The translations under genes and the position numbers were made by a program. A stretch of DNA of 64,000 bases, from NCBI GenBank assembly GCA_965197585.1, contig OZ240215.1:1280001-1344000 (forward strand), written 5' to 3'. This document shows positions 18,643-28,317 of the stretch, piece after piece; position 1 is the stretch's first letter; the number at the start of each line of letters is the position of its first letter. The stretch comes from Dehalococcoidia bacterium (GTDB taxonomy: Bacteria > Chloroflexota > Dehalococcoidia > Plut-88900). Under the pieces are notes generated by a model, which saw only the letters and a program-made list of their open reading frames with translations, did not search any database and was not told the origin of the DNA.

Positions 18643-19626
18643 CTAGCGGTTGGCCGATATGGTGTAAACAACTTCGTCGACGGCCCCTAGGTGATATTTG
18701 TACGGCTCGGCGCCCCTCAGGAAATTGAATTCCGTTTTGCCATTCTCAATGGCTTGCTTAAGGCACAATGCCTTTAGTAGCAGCCCGACGCTAAGGTGTG
18801 AATACTCTGTATCGTACCCGCTGTTATAGAGGAAATATCGGTTGTCGTAGTCGAAGCAGATGGTCGAAGAAACCCGCTTGCCGTCCACTTCCAGAAAGCT
18901 GAGCCGCACGGCCCCGATCTTCGCAAGCCCCGAAAGTGTGTTCCTGAAGAACCCTCTCATCTTCGGGGTCATGAACGCCGCTTTGTCGACTCGGCTGCCC
19001 TCCAGCAACCCTAGAAACTCCTCCAAATCTTTGGGAAATCCGTCACATTGGGCAGCGACATGATATCTCACGTCTCCAGCACTGTAAAGGCGGCGCAGCT
19101 TCCTGCGAAGCTCGTGGCGGTCTTTCTTGCTCAGCCCAGCTAGATACTCGTCCCAGCTTCCCGGCAGCTTGACGGTTGGGCACACTTCCTCTGGCCGGAT
19201 TGTCACCCCGACCCCACGCTCCCGAAGGGAGTCCACGAGCCGCGTCATGGTCGGAGACTGACCGTCGACCCCGTTCAGCGCCAATTCCTTCCACTCCATC
19301 TCCAGCACGTGCTCCGTGATCGCCGCGTAAACCTCTTCCTCCCGACCTTCTGCCACCACGAAGTCCATGTAGTCGCAAACGTTGGCGCTCCCGATAAACG
19401 ATAGTTCGTTTGCTGCCCTCTTCAAGGGAAGCACCCCAACCAGTTCTTCACCATCCATGCAGGCGTAGAGAAGCAATTCGTGGCCGTCGGAAAGAGACTC
19501 CCACCAGAGCTCGTACCATTGGGGACTCAGGAAGATGTTGTTCTCCCCCGCCCTACCCAACAGCCCCTCCCATCGCGGCTCAAGCCCCGAGAAAGTCTCC
19601 CGCACCATTTGCAGACCCGTCATCAA
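18643..19626 (-). CDS. GNAT acetyltransferase (CelD/BcsL-like)
   Basis: DYMD, LPGSWDEYL..LSKKDRHELRRKLRRL, YNSGYD, FLRGAEPYK. Confidence 0.85.
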   Translation of the reverse strand: MMTGLQMVRETFSGLEPRWEGLLGRAGENNIFLSPQWYELWWESLSDGHELLLYACMDGEELVGVLPLKRAANELSFIGSANVCDYMDFVVAEGREEEVYAAITEHVLEMEWKELALNGVDGQSPTMTRLVDSLRERGVGVTIRPEEVCPTVKLPGSWDEYLAGLSKKDRHELRRKLRRLYSAGDVRYHVAAQCDGFPKDLEEFLGLLEGSRVDKAAFMTPKMRGFFRNTLSGLAKIGAVRLSFLEVDGKRVSSTICFDYDNRYFLYNSGYDTEYSHLSVGLLLKALCLKQAIENGKTEFNFLRGAEPYKYHLGAVDEVVYTISANR

Positions 19627-20183
19627 CTCCCCTGTAGAATCGAAATGAGCTGTTCCTTGGTGTACCGACCCCGCTCGAAGTCACCTCTTGTCGCCAGGGT
19701 GACGATGCGAGTCCCGGGCTTCTGAATCCCCCGCATGGTCATGCACAGGTGCTCGGCGTTTAACATCACCACCAACCCGTCCGGCGATACTGCTTCGAAT
19801 ATCGTATCAGCCGCCTGCTGCGTCAATCGCTCCTGCATCTGCGGCCTCCGAGACAGGATCTCCACGACTCGGGCCAGCTTGCTCACCCCCGCCACCTTCC
19901 CGCTCGGAATGTAGCCTATGTCCGCCGACCCAAAGAAGGGCAGCAGGTGGTGCTCACACATCGAATAGAAGGGCATGTGCCGCACCATGACCAGGTCGTC
20001 ATGGTCTGCCTCGAAACTCGCGGCCAACTCCTTGGACGGGTCCTGGTCGATTCCCGAAAACAGCTCTTCATACGCCACCGCCACCCGAGTCGGCGTGTCC
20101 AGCAACCCGTTGCTCGGGCTCAGCGCCCCGAGCCCGGCTATTATCTCCCCGACCGCCTTTTCTATGGCCTCTTTGTCTACCAA
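19623..20183 (-). CDS. folE: GTP cyclohydrolase I
   Basis: LLDTP.RVA, SMCEHHLLPF, GVSKLAR, RPQMQER, HLCMTMRG. Confidence 0.96.
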   Translation of the reverse strand: MVDKEAIEKAVGEIIAGLGALSPSNGLLDTPTRVAVAYEELFSGIDQDPSKELAASFEADHDDLVMVRHMPFYSMCEHHLLPFFGSADIGYIPSGKVAGVSKLARVVEILSRRPQMQERLTQQAADTIFEAVSPDGLVVMLNAEHLCMTMRGIQKPGTRIVTLATRGDFERGRYTKEQLISILQGS

Positions 20184-20192
20184 CTGTCCATC

Positions 20193-21263
20193 CTAAGTCG
20201 CAGACCGGACCCGGCTTAGTCCAAGAACGGACTCAACCCCCTCCACTGTTGGAGGAGCCTCCAGGAACGTCCCTCTACTCTGCAGGGCAATCTCCTGGTC
20301 CTTGAGTCCCGTACCCGTGATCACGCACACCGCCGAGGCCTCGCGAAAATCTTTCCCGTCCCGCACCATTTTATACAGCCCCGCCACCGAGGCGGCAGAG
20401 GCCGGTTCTCCAAATATCCCCTCTTTTTCCGCAATCGTTCGGTAGGCAGCCAGAATCTCATCGTCAGTGACCTTGTCTATTACCCCACCCGACTCCCTCT
20501 CCGCCGCCAGTGCCCCGCTCCAGCTCGCCGGGTTCCCTATTCTGATCGCCGAGGCCACAGTTTCGGGGTTCTCTATTGGCTTCCCTTCGACTATTGGAGC
20601 AGCCCCGGCAGCCTGAAAACCCATCATCCGCGGCCTGTTCCCCGCCTTCCCCAAATCTGCATATTCTTTGAAACCCTTCCAGTACGCCGTGATGTTCCCT
20701 GCGTTGCCCACGGGCACGAAAAGGTAGTTCGGGGCCTCTCCCAGATCGTCCACTATCTCGAAGGCTGCCGTCTTCTGTCCTTCTATTCTGTTGGGGTTCA
20801 GAGAATTCACGAAGGCCACTTCATAAGTGTCGGTGAGAGTCTGGGCAATGCGTAATATCTCGTCGAAGCTGCCGTCTACACTGACCAGCTTGGCCCCGTG
20901 GACCAGTGCCTGGGAAAGTTTACCTCTGGCTATCCGACCCTTGGGCGCCAGCACGTACGTCGCCAGCCCGAACCGTGCCCCGAATGCCGATGCCGAGGCG
21001 CTCGTGTTCCCCGTCGAGGCGCACATGATAGCCTCCGCATTCGCTTCCAGGGCCTTCGCCACCGCAACCACCATTCCCCGGTCCTTGAAAGACCCTGTCG
21101 GGTTGCATCCCTCCAGTTTGAAATAGAGCCTCCCGACACCCAGTTCCTTTTCAATCGTTCTCGAACGCACCAGGGGAGTGCTGCCTTCGCCAATGGTGAT
21201 CATCGGCGTTGAACGTGTAAGCGGGAGATATTCGCCGTACCTGTTGAGAACTCCCTGTCCCAT
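20193..21263 (-). CDS. thrC: Threonine synthase
   Basis: NPTGSFKDRG, CASTGNT, PVGNAGN, ETVASAIRIGNP, TGTGLKD. Confidence 0.96.
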   Translation of the reverse strand: MGQGVLNRYGEYLPLTRSTPMITIGEGSTPLVRSRTIEKELGVGRLYFKLEGCNPTGSFKDRGMVVAVAKALEANAEAIMCASTGNTSASASAFGARFGLATYVLAPKGRIARGKLSQALVHGAKLVSVDGSFDEILRIAQTLTDTYEVAFVNSLNPNRIEGQKTAAFEIVDDLGEAPNYLFVPVGNAGNITAYWKGFKEYADLGKAGNRPRMMGFQAAGAAPIVEGKPIENPETVASAIRIGNPASWSGALAAERESGGVIDKVTDDEILAAYRTIAEKEGIFGEPASAASVAGLYKMVRDGKDFREASAVCVITGTGLKDQEIALQSRGTFLEAPPTVEGVESVLGLSRVRSAT

Positions 21264-21276
21264 CAGTCCCTCTCCC

Positions 21277-22590
21277 TCAACCTTCAACCCGAATCACGTT
21301 CCCGATCTCCCTCACGGCCTCGAGCCCCTCCATCCTCCCAACCGAACCCCGCATCGACTTCTCCGATGCGGGGTGTGTCATCAATACAATCTCGGCAGTA
21401 TTGTTCTCGGGGTCTGACCTCTTCTGGATCACCGAGGCCAGACTGATCTGCATCTCGTTAAATATCTGCGTTATCTGCGCCAGGACGCCATAGGTGTCTT
21501 CCACCGTCATCCGCACGTAGAACTGGCTCTCGCTCTCTACCATCGGCCTTATCGCCTTCGGCACGGCCGACGATACCGGCCACCCGTTGGCCTGGCCCAT
21601 CGACATCGCCTTGGCGATTCTCAAGACGTCGGAGATAACGGCGCTGGCGGTGGGCTCGGGGCCCGCGCCCCGGCCATATAGCAGTATCCTGCCCGCCACG
21701 TCAGTGTCTATCTGGATGGCATTGAAAACACCGTCCACCTTGGCTAACAGCAGGTCTTCGGGCAGAAGCGTAGGATGCACCCCTACTTGAATCGACTTCC
21801 CATCATTCTTGCCTATGGCCAGCAGCTTGATTGCATACCCCAGCTCTCGGGCGTACTGAAAGTCCCGCGCCGCCAGCCGAGATATGCCTTCACAATATAC
21901 GTCCGAGGTTCGTACCTCCGAATGAAATGCCAGGCTAGCGATTAGAGCCAGCTTGTGGGCCGCATCCGTCCCCTCGATGTCGGCAGAGGGGTCGGGCTCT
22001 GCATAACCCAGTTCCGAAGCCTCCTTCAAGGCCTCCCCGAACTCGATACCCTCTTGCGACATCCTAGTCAGGATGTAGTTTGTGGTCCCGTTAATGATGG
22101 CTGTGATGCCGGTGACTTCATTGGCGGATAGATCGTGGTGGAGGGTGCTTATGAGGGGAATCCCGCCGCCTGCGCTGGCCTCATACAGAAGCGCAACTCC
22201 TTGACGCTGTGCCAGCCCCGAAAGATCAGGCCCGTGCTTGCCCATCACCTCTTTGTTGGCCGTCACCACGTGCTTGCCTCTGGACAAGGCCTCACGGATA
22301 TACTCTCGGGCAGGCTCTTCTCCACCCATCAATTCGACTATTATGTCGACTTCCGGGTCTTGAAGCAGGTCAGCCGCGTCGGTAGTGAACAGTTCAGGTG
22401 GTAGGGAGGCAGGTCTGGGCTTGGATGTGTCTCTTACCAGCGCTCGCCGGATTTCGATACAGGCCCCGGGGCCCGCATCCAAGGCCCCCGCTTTCTCTTC
22501 CAGTACCGCCGCCACCCCACTCCCGACCACCCCAACTCCCATAAGTCCAATCCCGATCTTCTTCGATGGGGAAGCTGGTTGGGTGTTCAT
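21277..22590 (-). CDS. hom: Homoserine dehydrogenase with C-terminal ACT domain
   Basis: GVGVVG, HVVTANK, EASAGGGIP, NGTTNYIL, GYAEPDP, GRGAG. Confidence 0.96.
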   Translation of the reverse strand: MNTQPASPSKKIGIGLMGVGVVGSGVAAVLEEKAGALDAGPGACIEIRRALVRDTSKPRPASLPPELFTTDAADLLQDPEVDIIVELMGGEEPAREYIREALSRGKHVVTANKEVMGKHGPDLSGLAQRQGVALLYEASAGGGIPLISTLHHDLSANEVTGITAIINGTTNYILTRMSQEGIEFGEALKEASELGYAEPDPSADIEGTDAAHKLALIASLAFHSEVRTSDVYCEGISRLAARDFQYARELGYAIKLLAIGKNDGKSIQVGVHPTLLPEDLLLAKVDGVFNAIQIDTDVAGRILLYGRGAGPEPTASAVISDVLRIAKAMSMGQANGWPVSSAVPKAIRPMVESESQFYVRMTVEDTYGVLAQITQIFNEMQISLASVIQKRSDPENNTAEIVLMTHPASEKSMRGSVGRMEGLEAVREIGNVIRVEG

Positions 22591-22679
22591 GCTTGGGGAT
22601 ATGCTAAAACGTTTTGGGAATATCCGGCCCTGCTCTCCAGGGGCCGAGGCACGGACTGTTGTCAAAGTCCTTCGACGCC

Positions 22680-22988
22680 TTACGCAGAGACGACTATTGG
22701 GCCGGTGTCCATCGTGTGGGTCGGGGCAATGGGCAGTAAAGCTATGGTCCGGGCCCTCTTTATGGCCGTGGTCAGCCTGCGCTGGTGCTTTGCGCAGGTG
22801 CCGGTCTTCCGCCGGGGCTCGATCTTCGCCCTGTCGGAAATGAAACGTTTCAGCTTCGTCGGGTCTTTGTATTCTATGGTCTTTACCTTGTCTACGCAGA
22901 ACGAGCAGACCTTACGCCTGCGTGCGAACCACGTTTTGCCTCCCCGCCGCTCCCTTGGTGGACCCGATCTCGACCTTGACTGGACCAA
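22680..22988 (-). CDS. rpsR: 30S ribosomal protein S18 (Zn-binding type)
   Basis: [31 protein letters not shown]. Confidence 0.97.
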   Translation of the reverse strand: MVQSRSRSGPPRERRGGKTWFARRRKVCSFCVDKVKTIEYKDPTKLKRFISDRAKIEPRRKTGTCAKHQRRLTTAIKRARTIALLPIAPTHTMDTGPIVVSA

Positions 22989-23064
22989 TTTAGACCATCC
23001 CTTTCTCGAACTCGCTCAGAGGCGTGACGTTAGAACTCAGTATGTCTTGACTTGCTTGGGCGCG

Positions 23065-23469
23065 CTAGAAGGGCAGGTCCTCATCCCCGACTCCGGTATT
23101 CTCCCCGTACGCCTCGTCCCCAGGGACGGTTACCACGGGTTGCCGGTCCAGGAACAGGACACGATCGGCTATGATCTCGTTCGTGAATCTGGTCTGGCCG
23201 TCGCGGCCCTCCCAGGTATCGCTCTTCAGCCTGCCTTCTACGTAGACCCGCTTGCCCTTTTGTAAGAATTGATTGCAGGACTCGGCCTGCTGGTTCCAGG
23301 CGACTACCCTGAACCACTCGGTCTCCTGCCGCCGCTCACCACCTTTTGGTGTGTAGGACCTGCTCACCGCAATTCGAAATGAAGTTACGGCGTTGCCGTT
23401 GGGGGTGTACCGCATCTCGGGGTCCGTCCCCAGGTTGCCGATCACCATCATCTTGTTCAAGCCAACCAT
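23065..23469 (-). CDS. ssb: Single-stranded DNA-binding protein
   Basis: NK..IGNLGTDPEMRYT, VYVEGRL, C-terminal DEDLPF. Confidence 0.97.
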   Translation of the reverse strand: MVGLNKMMVIGNLGTDPEMRYTPNGNAVTSFRIAVSRSYTPKGGERRQETEWFRVVAWNQQAESCNQFLQKGKRVYVEGRLKSDTWEGRDGQTRFTNEIIADRVLFLDRQPVVTVPGDEAYGENTGVGDEDLPF

Positions 23470-23471
23470 GA

Positions 23472-23990
23472 TTACGGCTCTCCTTTAACCTCCGCCTCCG
23501 GCTGCTCTGCAGCCTCGGCAGTCGGCTTCTCAGCGCCTCCCGACTCTTCCGCCGTTGCCGGCCCTGACGCCTCTTCTGCAGGCGGCTCAGCCGCGGGCGC
23601 CTCAGCTACGGGGGCTTCTGCAGGTGCCGCGGACTCAGCGGGTTTCGCTGGGGTCACCACCGCAACCGGCTTGGGTGGCTCTTGGGCAGCCTTCTGAAAC
23701 TCCGCCTCATCCACCTTGATTACCATGTGTTTAAGCACTTCCTGGGCAAGAACGAGGTCCGCCTCCAATTCGGAAGCGTGCTGCGGTTCCAGGGCAAAAG
23801 TGGTGAGCAGGTAGTGGGCCTCAGTGTGTCTCTGGAGAGGGTAGGCCAGTCGGCGTCTTCCCCATCTCTGGACCCGAGCTATCGAGCCGCCCCTGGAGGT
23901 GATGAACTCATTGATCTTTTCCGACGTTTTCGGCACATCCTCGTCTGCAATCTGCGGATCGACGATGGTTACTATCTCATAGCCTTGCAA
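23472..23990 (-). CDS. rpsF: 30S ribosomal protein S6 with long Ala/Glu/Pro-rich tail
   Basis: YE...I.DP, WGRRRLAYP; rpsF-ssb-rpsR synteny. Confidence 0.95.
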   Translation of the reverse strand: MQGYEIVTIVDPQIADEDVPKTSEKINEFITSRGGSIARVQRWGRRRLAYPLQRHTEAHYLLTTFALEPQHASELEADLVLAQEVLKHMVIKVDEAEFQKAAQEPPKPVAVVTPAKPAESAAPAEAPVAEAPAAEPPAEEASGPATAEESGGAEKPTAEAAEQPEAEVKGEP

Positions 23991-24071
23991 GGGCGAACTC
24001 CCACTATTATAAAATCCGGTTTTTGGCCGAAAGGCATTATAGCATAGGCCCCACAGCCCCTAGTCCCGCGC

Positions 24072-25316
24072 CTAGTAGTCAATCCCCGGCACCGGGAACC
24101 GAGACGTCAACTCTCCAACGGCGTCCATGACCTCTGCCTTGACCATCTCGTCGTCGATGTTCGTAACCACCCGATACATCAGCCGAGCGATTTCGGCCAT
24201 TTCATTGGGTCCGAAACCTCTGCTGGTCACCGCCGGAGTCCCGACCCGCAACCCGCTCGTGATCCGGGGCGGACGTGGATCGTTGGGTATCGCGTTCTTG
24301 TTGGCCGTGATGTTCACGGCGTCCAACGCTTCTTCGGCCTCTTTCCCAGTGAGCCCCAACGCCGACACGTCCACCAGCATCAAGTGCGTGTCCGTTCCCC
24401 CCGACACAATTCTGAACCCCAACTCTTGAAGCTGGTTCGCCAGAATTCGGGCATTGTCCACGACGGACTGCTGATACTGCTTGAACTCGGGCCTCAGGGC
24501 CTCCCCGAAGGCCACCGCCTTGGCCGCAATTGCGTGCATGAAAGGGCCGCCCTGCATGCGGGGGAAGACCCCCTTGTCTATGGAGCTTGCGAGGTCCTTG
24601 TTGCACATGATCATCGCTCCACGCGGGCCCCGCAGGGTCTTGTGGGTGGTCGTCGTGACTACCTGGGCGTGAGGCACGCACGAGGGGTGCACGCCCGCAG
24701 CCACCAGCCCTGCAATGTGGGCCATGTCAACCATCAGCAAAGCCCCGACTTCATCGGCTATCTGGCGAAAACGTGCAAAATCTATTATCCGCGGGTATGC
24801 CGTGGCCCCCGTCACTATGATCTTGGGCCGGTGCTCCCGCGCCAGTCTGTCCACTTCGTCGTAGTCAATTAGCTCGGTATCGGGATCGAGCCCATAGGAG
24901 ACGAAGTTGTAATAGCGCCCGGAGAAATTTACGGGGCTTCCGTGCGTTAGGTGTCCCCCCTGGTCCAGACGCAGTCCCATAACCGTGTCCCCCGGATCGA
25001 GAAGGGAGAAATATACGCCCATGTTGGCCTGGGCGCCTGCATGAGGCTGGACGTTAACGTGCTCGGCCCCGAACAGCTCCTTAGCCCTTTCGATGGCGAG
25101 TGTCTCGGCCTGGTCCACGAACTCACAGCCACCGTAGTACCTTTTACCTGGATATCCCTCGGCATACTTGTTGGTCAGGATGGATCCCTGGGCTTCCATT
25201 ACCGCCCGGCTCGCATAGTTCTCCGAGGCGATGAGCACTATCTTCCGCTTCTGCCTCTCCGCCTCCGCATCTATTATTCGCTTTATCTCAGAGTCCTGTT
25301 CCAATAGAGTGGTCAT
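24072..25316 (-). CDS. glyA: Serine hydroxymethyltransferase
   Basis: [41 protein letters not shown]. Confidence 0.98.
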   Translation of the reverse strand: MTTLLEQDSEIKRIIDAEAERQKRKIVLIASENYASRAVMEAQGSILTNKYAEGYPGKRYYGGCEFVDQAETLAIERAKELFGAEHVNVQPHAGAQANMGVYFSLLDPGDTVMGLRLDQGGHLTHGSPVNFSGRYYNFVSYGLDPDTELIDYDEVDRLAREHRPKIIVTGATAYPRIIDFARFRQIADEVGALLMVDMAHIAGLVAAGVHPSCVPHAQVVTTTTHKTLRGPRGAMIMCNKDLASSIDKGVFPRMQGGPFMHAIAAKAVAFGEALRPEFKQYQQSVVDNARILANQLQELGFRIVSGGTDTHLMLVDVSALGLTGKEAEEALDAVNITANKNAIPNDPRPPRITSGLRVGTPAVTSRGFGPNEMAEIARLMYRVVTNIDDEMVKAEVMDAVGELTSRFPVPGIDY

Positions 25317-25329
25317 TTCGCCTCTGTTT

Positions 25330-25432
25330 CTAGGGCTGTCGGCGAGTGGCCGCTCCCATGAAATAAGGCACTTCCTGAAGAGAGTGCCTACCTGAATCGG
25401 GAGCTATGGCCGGCCCACGCCGCAGGGCCCGT
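25330..25432. other. Candidate structured RNA element in the glyA leader (motif shared with 60195-60290)
   Basis: Long irregular hairpin (GGGC/GCCC, CGGCG/CGCCG, GCTCCC/GGGAGC, AGGCACT/AGTGCCT) downstream of a minus-strand TTGACT-18-TAGAAT promoter at 25484-25455. Confidence 0.45.
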
Positions 25433-25504
25433 TGTCTCTTTTCCTTGACTGAAAATTCTATCTCACGCTAGTCAGGAGAGTCAATGAAAATGACTGTCCT
25501 ACCC

Positions 25505-26653
25505 TCACTCCGTAGGGGCTATCGGCCGACCGTCCCGCTCTCTCTTTGTAGGGGCTACCGGCCGGTAGCCCTCCCAGGCCGCATCTATCAGCGCCAGCAT
25601 CCCCCCCGACACCAGCGAATGCCCCCCCAAGATCACCGGAATCGCCGCCTCCCTTGCCCCGAGCGTGAACTCCCGCAGCCACGGGTCGGCCACCGACTCC
25701 GCTTCCAGCATGTCCGAATAAAATCTGTCGGGCGCCGAGAAGCTCTTTCCTGCGTGATTGAATATCACTCTCGTATCGAGAAACGCCGCGTCCCCCATCT
25801 CCGATAGCTTGTCGAAAAAACCGCTCACCCCCGAAGATTCCAGCAAATAACCCAGTATCGACTTTCCACCCCCACCCCACCCATCCGCCCGCATCCCCCG
25901 CCCCTCCGACACCACCCGGCACCGGCACGCCGTATCAGTCTCCAACCTCGACCACACAAAACTCCCAACCCGGCCAGCCACCGTGACCCGAGCCTCCTTG
26001 TCCGTAAAGCAGGCTATCGCCCTCTTCAGTTGGCTTGCCTGCAATTCAGTGGTGACCAAGGCCCGTCTCAGACCTTCAGGCAATCGTGGATACAGCGACA
26101 GAACCGCCAGGTCAGTGGGCGTGTCCACGTCCATCAGTGTCTCGATGCTCTTGTCCAGGGCGACAGCATCGAGGCCCGCGTGGTCCCTCAGCAAACGCGG
26201 CAGAGGATTGTCGATTTCCGGCAAGGGTATCCTGTCCAATGCCCCCACAGGTGTAAACGCCGTCATGTCCCCCGAATACAGGTTGTTGGATATCACGGTA
26301 TCCGAGCCTTCGCCGAGCCTCTTCGCCACCTCCCCGAACAACGACTCTGAAGCAAGAGGCATCGACCCACCCCCGAGGCAGCAGGCCCGGTCCGCGCCCT
26401 GCTTCCGCAGCACGTCTCTCAAACACCGCCCGAAATGGAACGGCTCCGGCGACCTCTCAACTTCCACATTTGGGAGCTTTATGTCGAGCAGCTCGGGCTC
26501 ATTCGTGACTAGAACGTGCCTGTCGAATCCCCCACACCCCACCGCCTTCCTCAGGTTCTCAACCGCTATCGCCCTCTGCGCCGAGGCCAGCGCCCGCTCC
26601 GGAGCGCTCTCTCCCCACCCCCCAACAAACGTCACGAAAACCGAGTTTCCCAT
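25505..26653 (-). CDS. Hypothetical protein with CofC-like/GT-A nucleotidyltransferase N-terminal domain
   Basis: GGGSMPL, NNLYSGD, DVDTPTDL (resembles the CofC DVDT..DL motif). The C-terminal domain is unrecognised. Confidence 0.6.
   Translation of the reverse strand: MGNSVFVTFVGGWGESAPERALASAQRAIAVENLRKAVGCGGFDRHVLVTNEPELLDIKLPNVEVERSPEPFHFGRCLRDVLRKQGADRACCLGGGSMPLASESLFGEVAKRLGEGSDTVISNNLYSGDMTAFTPVGALDRIPLPEIDNPLPRLLRDHAGLDAVALDKSIETLMDVDTPTDLAVLSLYPRLPEGLRRALVTTELQASQLKRAIACFTDKEARVTVAGRVGSFVWSRLETDTACRCRVVSEGRGMRADGWGGGGKSILGYLLESSGVSGFFDKLSEMGDAAFLDTRVIFNHAGKSFSAPDRFYSDMLEAESVADPWLREFTLGAREAAIPVILGGHSLVSGGMLALIDAAWEGYRPVAPTKRERDGRPIAPTE
25512..25572 (+). repeat. Doublet of GTAG-type REP palindromes inside the 3' end of a CDS
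   Basis: GTAGGGGCTATCGGCCGACCGTCCC and GTAGGGGCTACCGGCCGGTAGCCCT; a related copy GTAGGGGCGATTCGCGAATCGCCCT is at 47119-47143. Confidence 0.75.
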
Positions 26654-26664
26654 CTCCGCCTTTC

Positions 26665-27390
26665 TTACAGCTCCCTCGCCACCGTAACACCCCACACCTC
26701 CGTTGCACCGGCCCTTTTCAGCGCGGCCGCACAGGCCCGAAGCGTTGCCCCCGTGGTGGTGACGTCATCGATCACTGCGATCTTCCGGCCCTCGAGACCG
26801 CCCGGCTCGCACCGGAACGCCCGAGCCACGTTCGCCCGCCTTTCGTCGGCTGTCGAGGCCCGTGCCTGGGGCCCGGCATATGTGACTCGCCTCAGCCGTC
26901 GCTCATCCACATCTACTCCCAACGCCTCTCCCAAATGCTTAGCTATTATCTGGGCTTGATTGTAGCCCCGCTTCCGCAGCCTCCGCTTGTGGAGTGGGAC
27001 CGGAGCCAACAAATCAAACTCCAACCCATCCTGGCTCACCATGTCCGCAACGTATCCAGACAGCGTGCCAGCAACCGAGCGTAGATTGGCATATTTGAGC
27101 GCCAGGACCGCCTCTCTAACCGGGCTTTCGAACTCAAACGCCGACCTCATCCCGTCCAGGGGCCACACGCGCGTCGCCTCCGCAATACAGAGACACGGGT
27201 TCGGACCAGGATTCCCGCACCTGTGACACCGCGGCGTCCCAATAGTCGGCAACTTCGATTCGCATTCCGCACATATGAACGCCCCAGACCTGTCGCACGC
27301 CACACAGCGCCGCGGGAATACCAAGTCCAGAAACGAGTCCTTAGCGTCTGAGATTACGTTCGAAAGGCTGATGTCTACCTCGACTGACAA
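26665..27390 (-). CDS. comF: ComF family protein (double zinc ribbon plus PRTase domain)
   Basis: CxxC repeats, PVPLH..R.RKRGYNQA, VIDDVTTTGATL. Confidence 0.93.
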   Translation of the reverse strand: MSVEVDISLSNVISDAKDSFLDLVFPRRCVACDRSGAFICAECESKLPTIGTPRCHRCGNPGPNPCLCIAEATRVWPLDGMRSAFEFESPVREAVLALKYANLRSVAGTLSGYVADMVSQDGLEFDLLAPVPLHKRRLRKRGYNQAQIIAKHLGEALGVDVDERRLRRVTYAGPQARASTADERRANVARAFRCEPGGLEGRKIAVIDDVTTTGATLRACAAALKRAGATEVWGVTVAREL

Positions 27391-27491
27391 GTGTTGGACC
27401 CGTGGGCTTGAAGCTCAATTATAGCCACCGTTGTATACTCCCCATTACATTTTCTGCCATCGTCCCCTCACAGGAGGCACGCGAGTCCCCA

Positions 27492-28202
27492 ATGTTCAAG
27501 GCCGTCTTCTTCGACCTCTACAACACCCTCGCCAAGTTCGACCCCGCCCGAGAAGAGCTTCAGCAGCAGGTCTGCACAGAATACGGTATCCAGGTCACCC
27601 AGGACGGCATCATCAAGGGCTACGCTACCGCCGACGACTTCATGGCGCGAGAGAACGGGAAGCATCACCTCGCCAAGCGCACCGAGGAAGAGCGCAAGGA
27701 ATTCTTCGCCGAATACGAACGCCTAATCCTCCTCGGCGCGGGGGTCGACGTTCCTGCCCCCCTTGCCGGCGACATCTTTCAGAAAATCCAGACCATCCAC
27801 TATCACCTCGCCCTTTACGACGACGCCCTCCCCTGCATTCAAGCCCTAAAGTCGCGGGGAGCGATAGTTGGCATGATCACCAACATTTACGCTGACCTCC
27901 ACCGTACCTGCGCCCGACTCGGCCTGACGGACTGCCTCGATTTCTGGGTCACTTCCAAAGAGGCCGGCTCCGAAAAGCCCCACCCGGCAATCTTCGAAAT
28001 GGCCCTCTCCAAGGCCGGAGTCCCCGCCGCCGACACCGTCCACGTCGGTGACCAGTACTACTCGGATGTCACCGGGGCCCGGGGCGTGGGCATCACCCCG
28101 GTACTAATTGATAGGGCTGGACTGTCCAACAACATGGACTGCACCGTGGTCCAAGGGCTGTGCGAGGTTCCCGACCTGCTTCTGTCCTCTCCCGCTTCCT
28201 AG
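27492..28202 (+). CDS. HAD-superfamily hydrolase
   Basis: FFDLYNTL, ITN, EKPHPAIF, HVGDQYYSD. Confidence 0.92.
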   Translation: MFKAVFFDLYNTLAKFDPAREELQQQVCTEYGIQVTQDGIIKGYATADDFMARENGKHHLAKRTEEERKEFFAEYERLILLGAGVDVPAPLAGDIFQKIQTIHYHLALYDDALPCIQALKSRGAIVGMITNIYADLHRTCARLGLTDCLDFWVTSKEAGSEKPHPAIFEMALSKAGVPAADTVHVGDQYYSDVTGARGVGITPVLIDRAGLSNNMDCTVVQGLCEVPDLLLSSPAS

Positions 28203-28317
28203 AGCCTTGCGCCTCGTCCTCTCCTGACCTACAGTATGTTCAGGAGTAAGGCCCGGGCATCGGCTTCCCTCCGGTCTCTATCTAAGATTGCTGACGAGCC
28301 GGGCCGGATGGGCAGTT

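Noticed and set aside
25330-25480. ZTP (pfl), THF or glycine riboswitch upstream of glyA
   Set aside because: Only fragments (TGACTAGCG, GGGAGCG) resemble pfl. The order and pseudoknot complementarity do not fit, and the first fragment lies in the promoter spacer.
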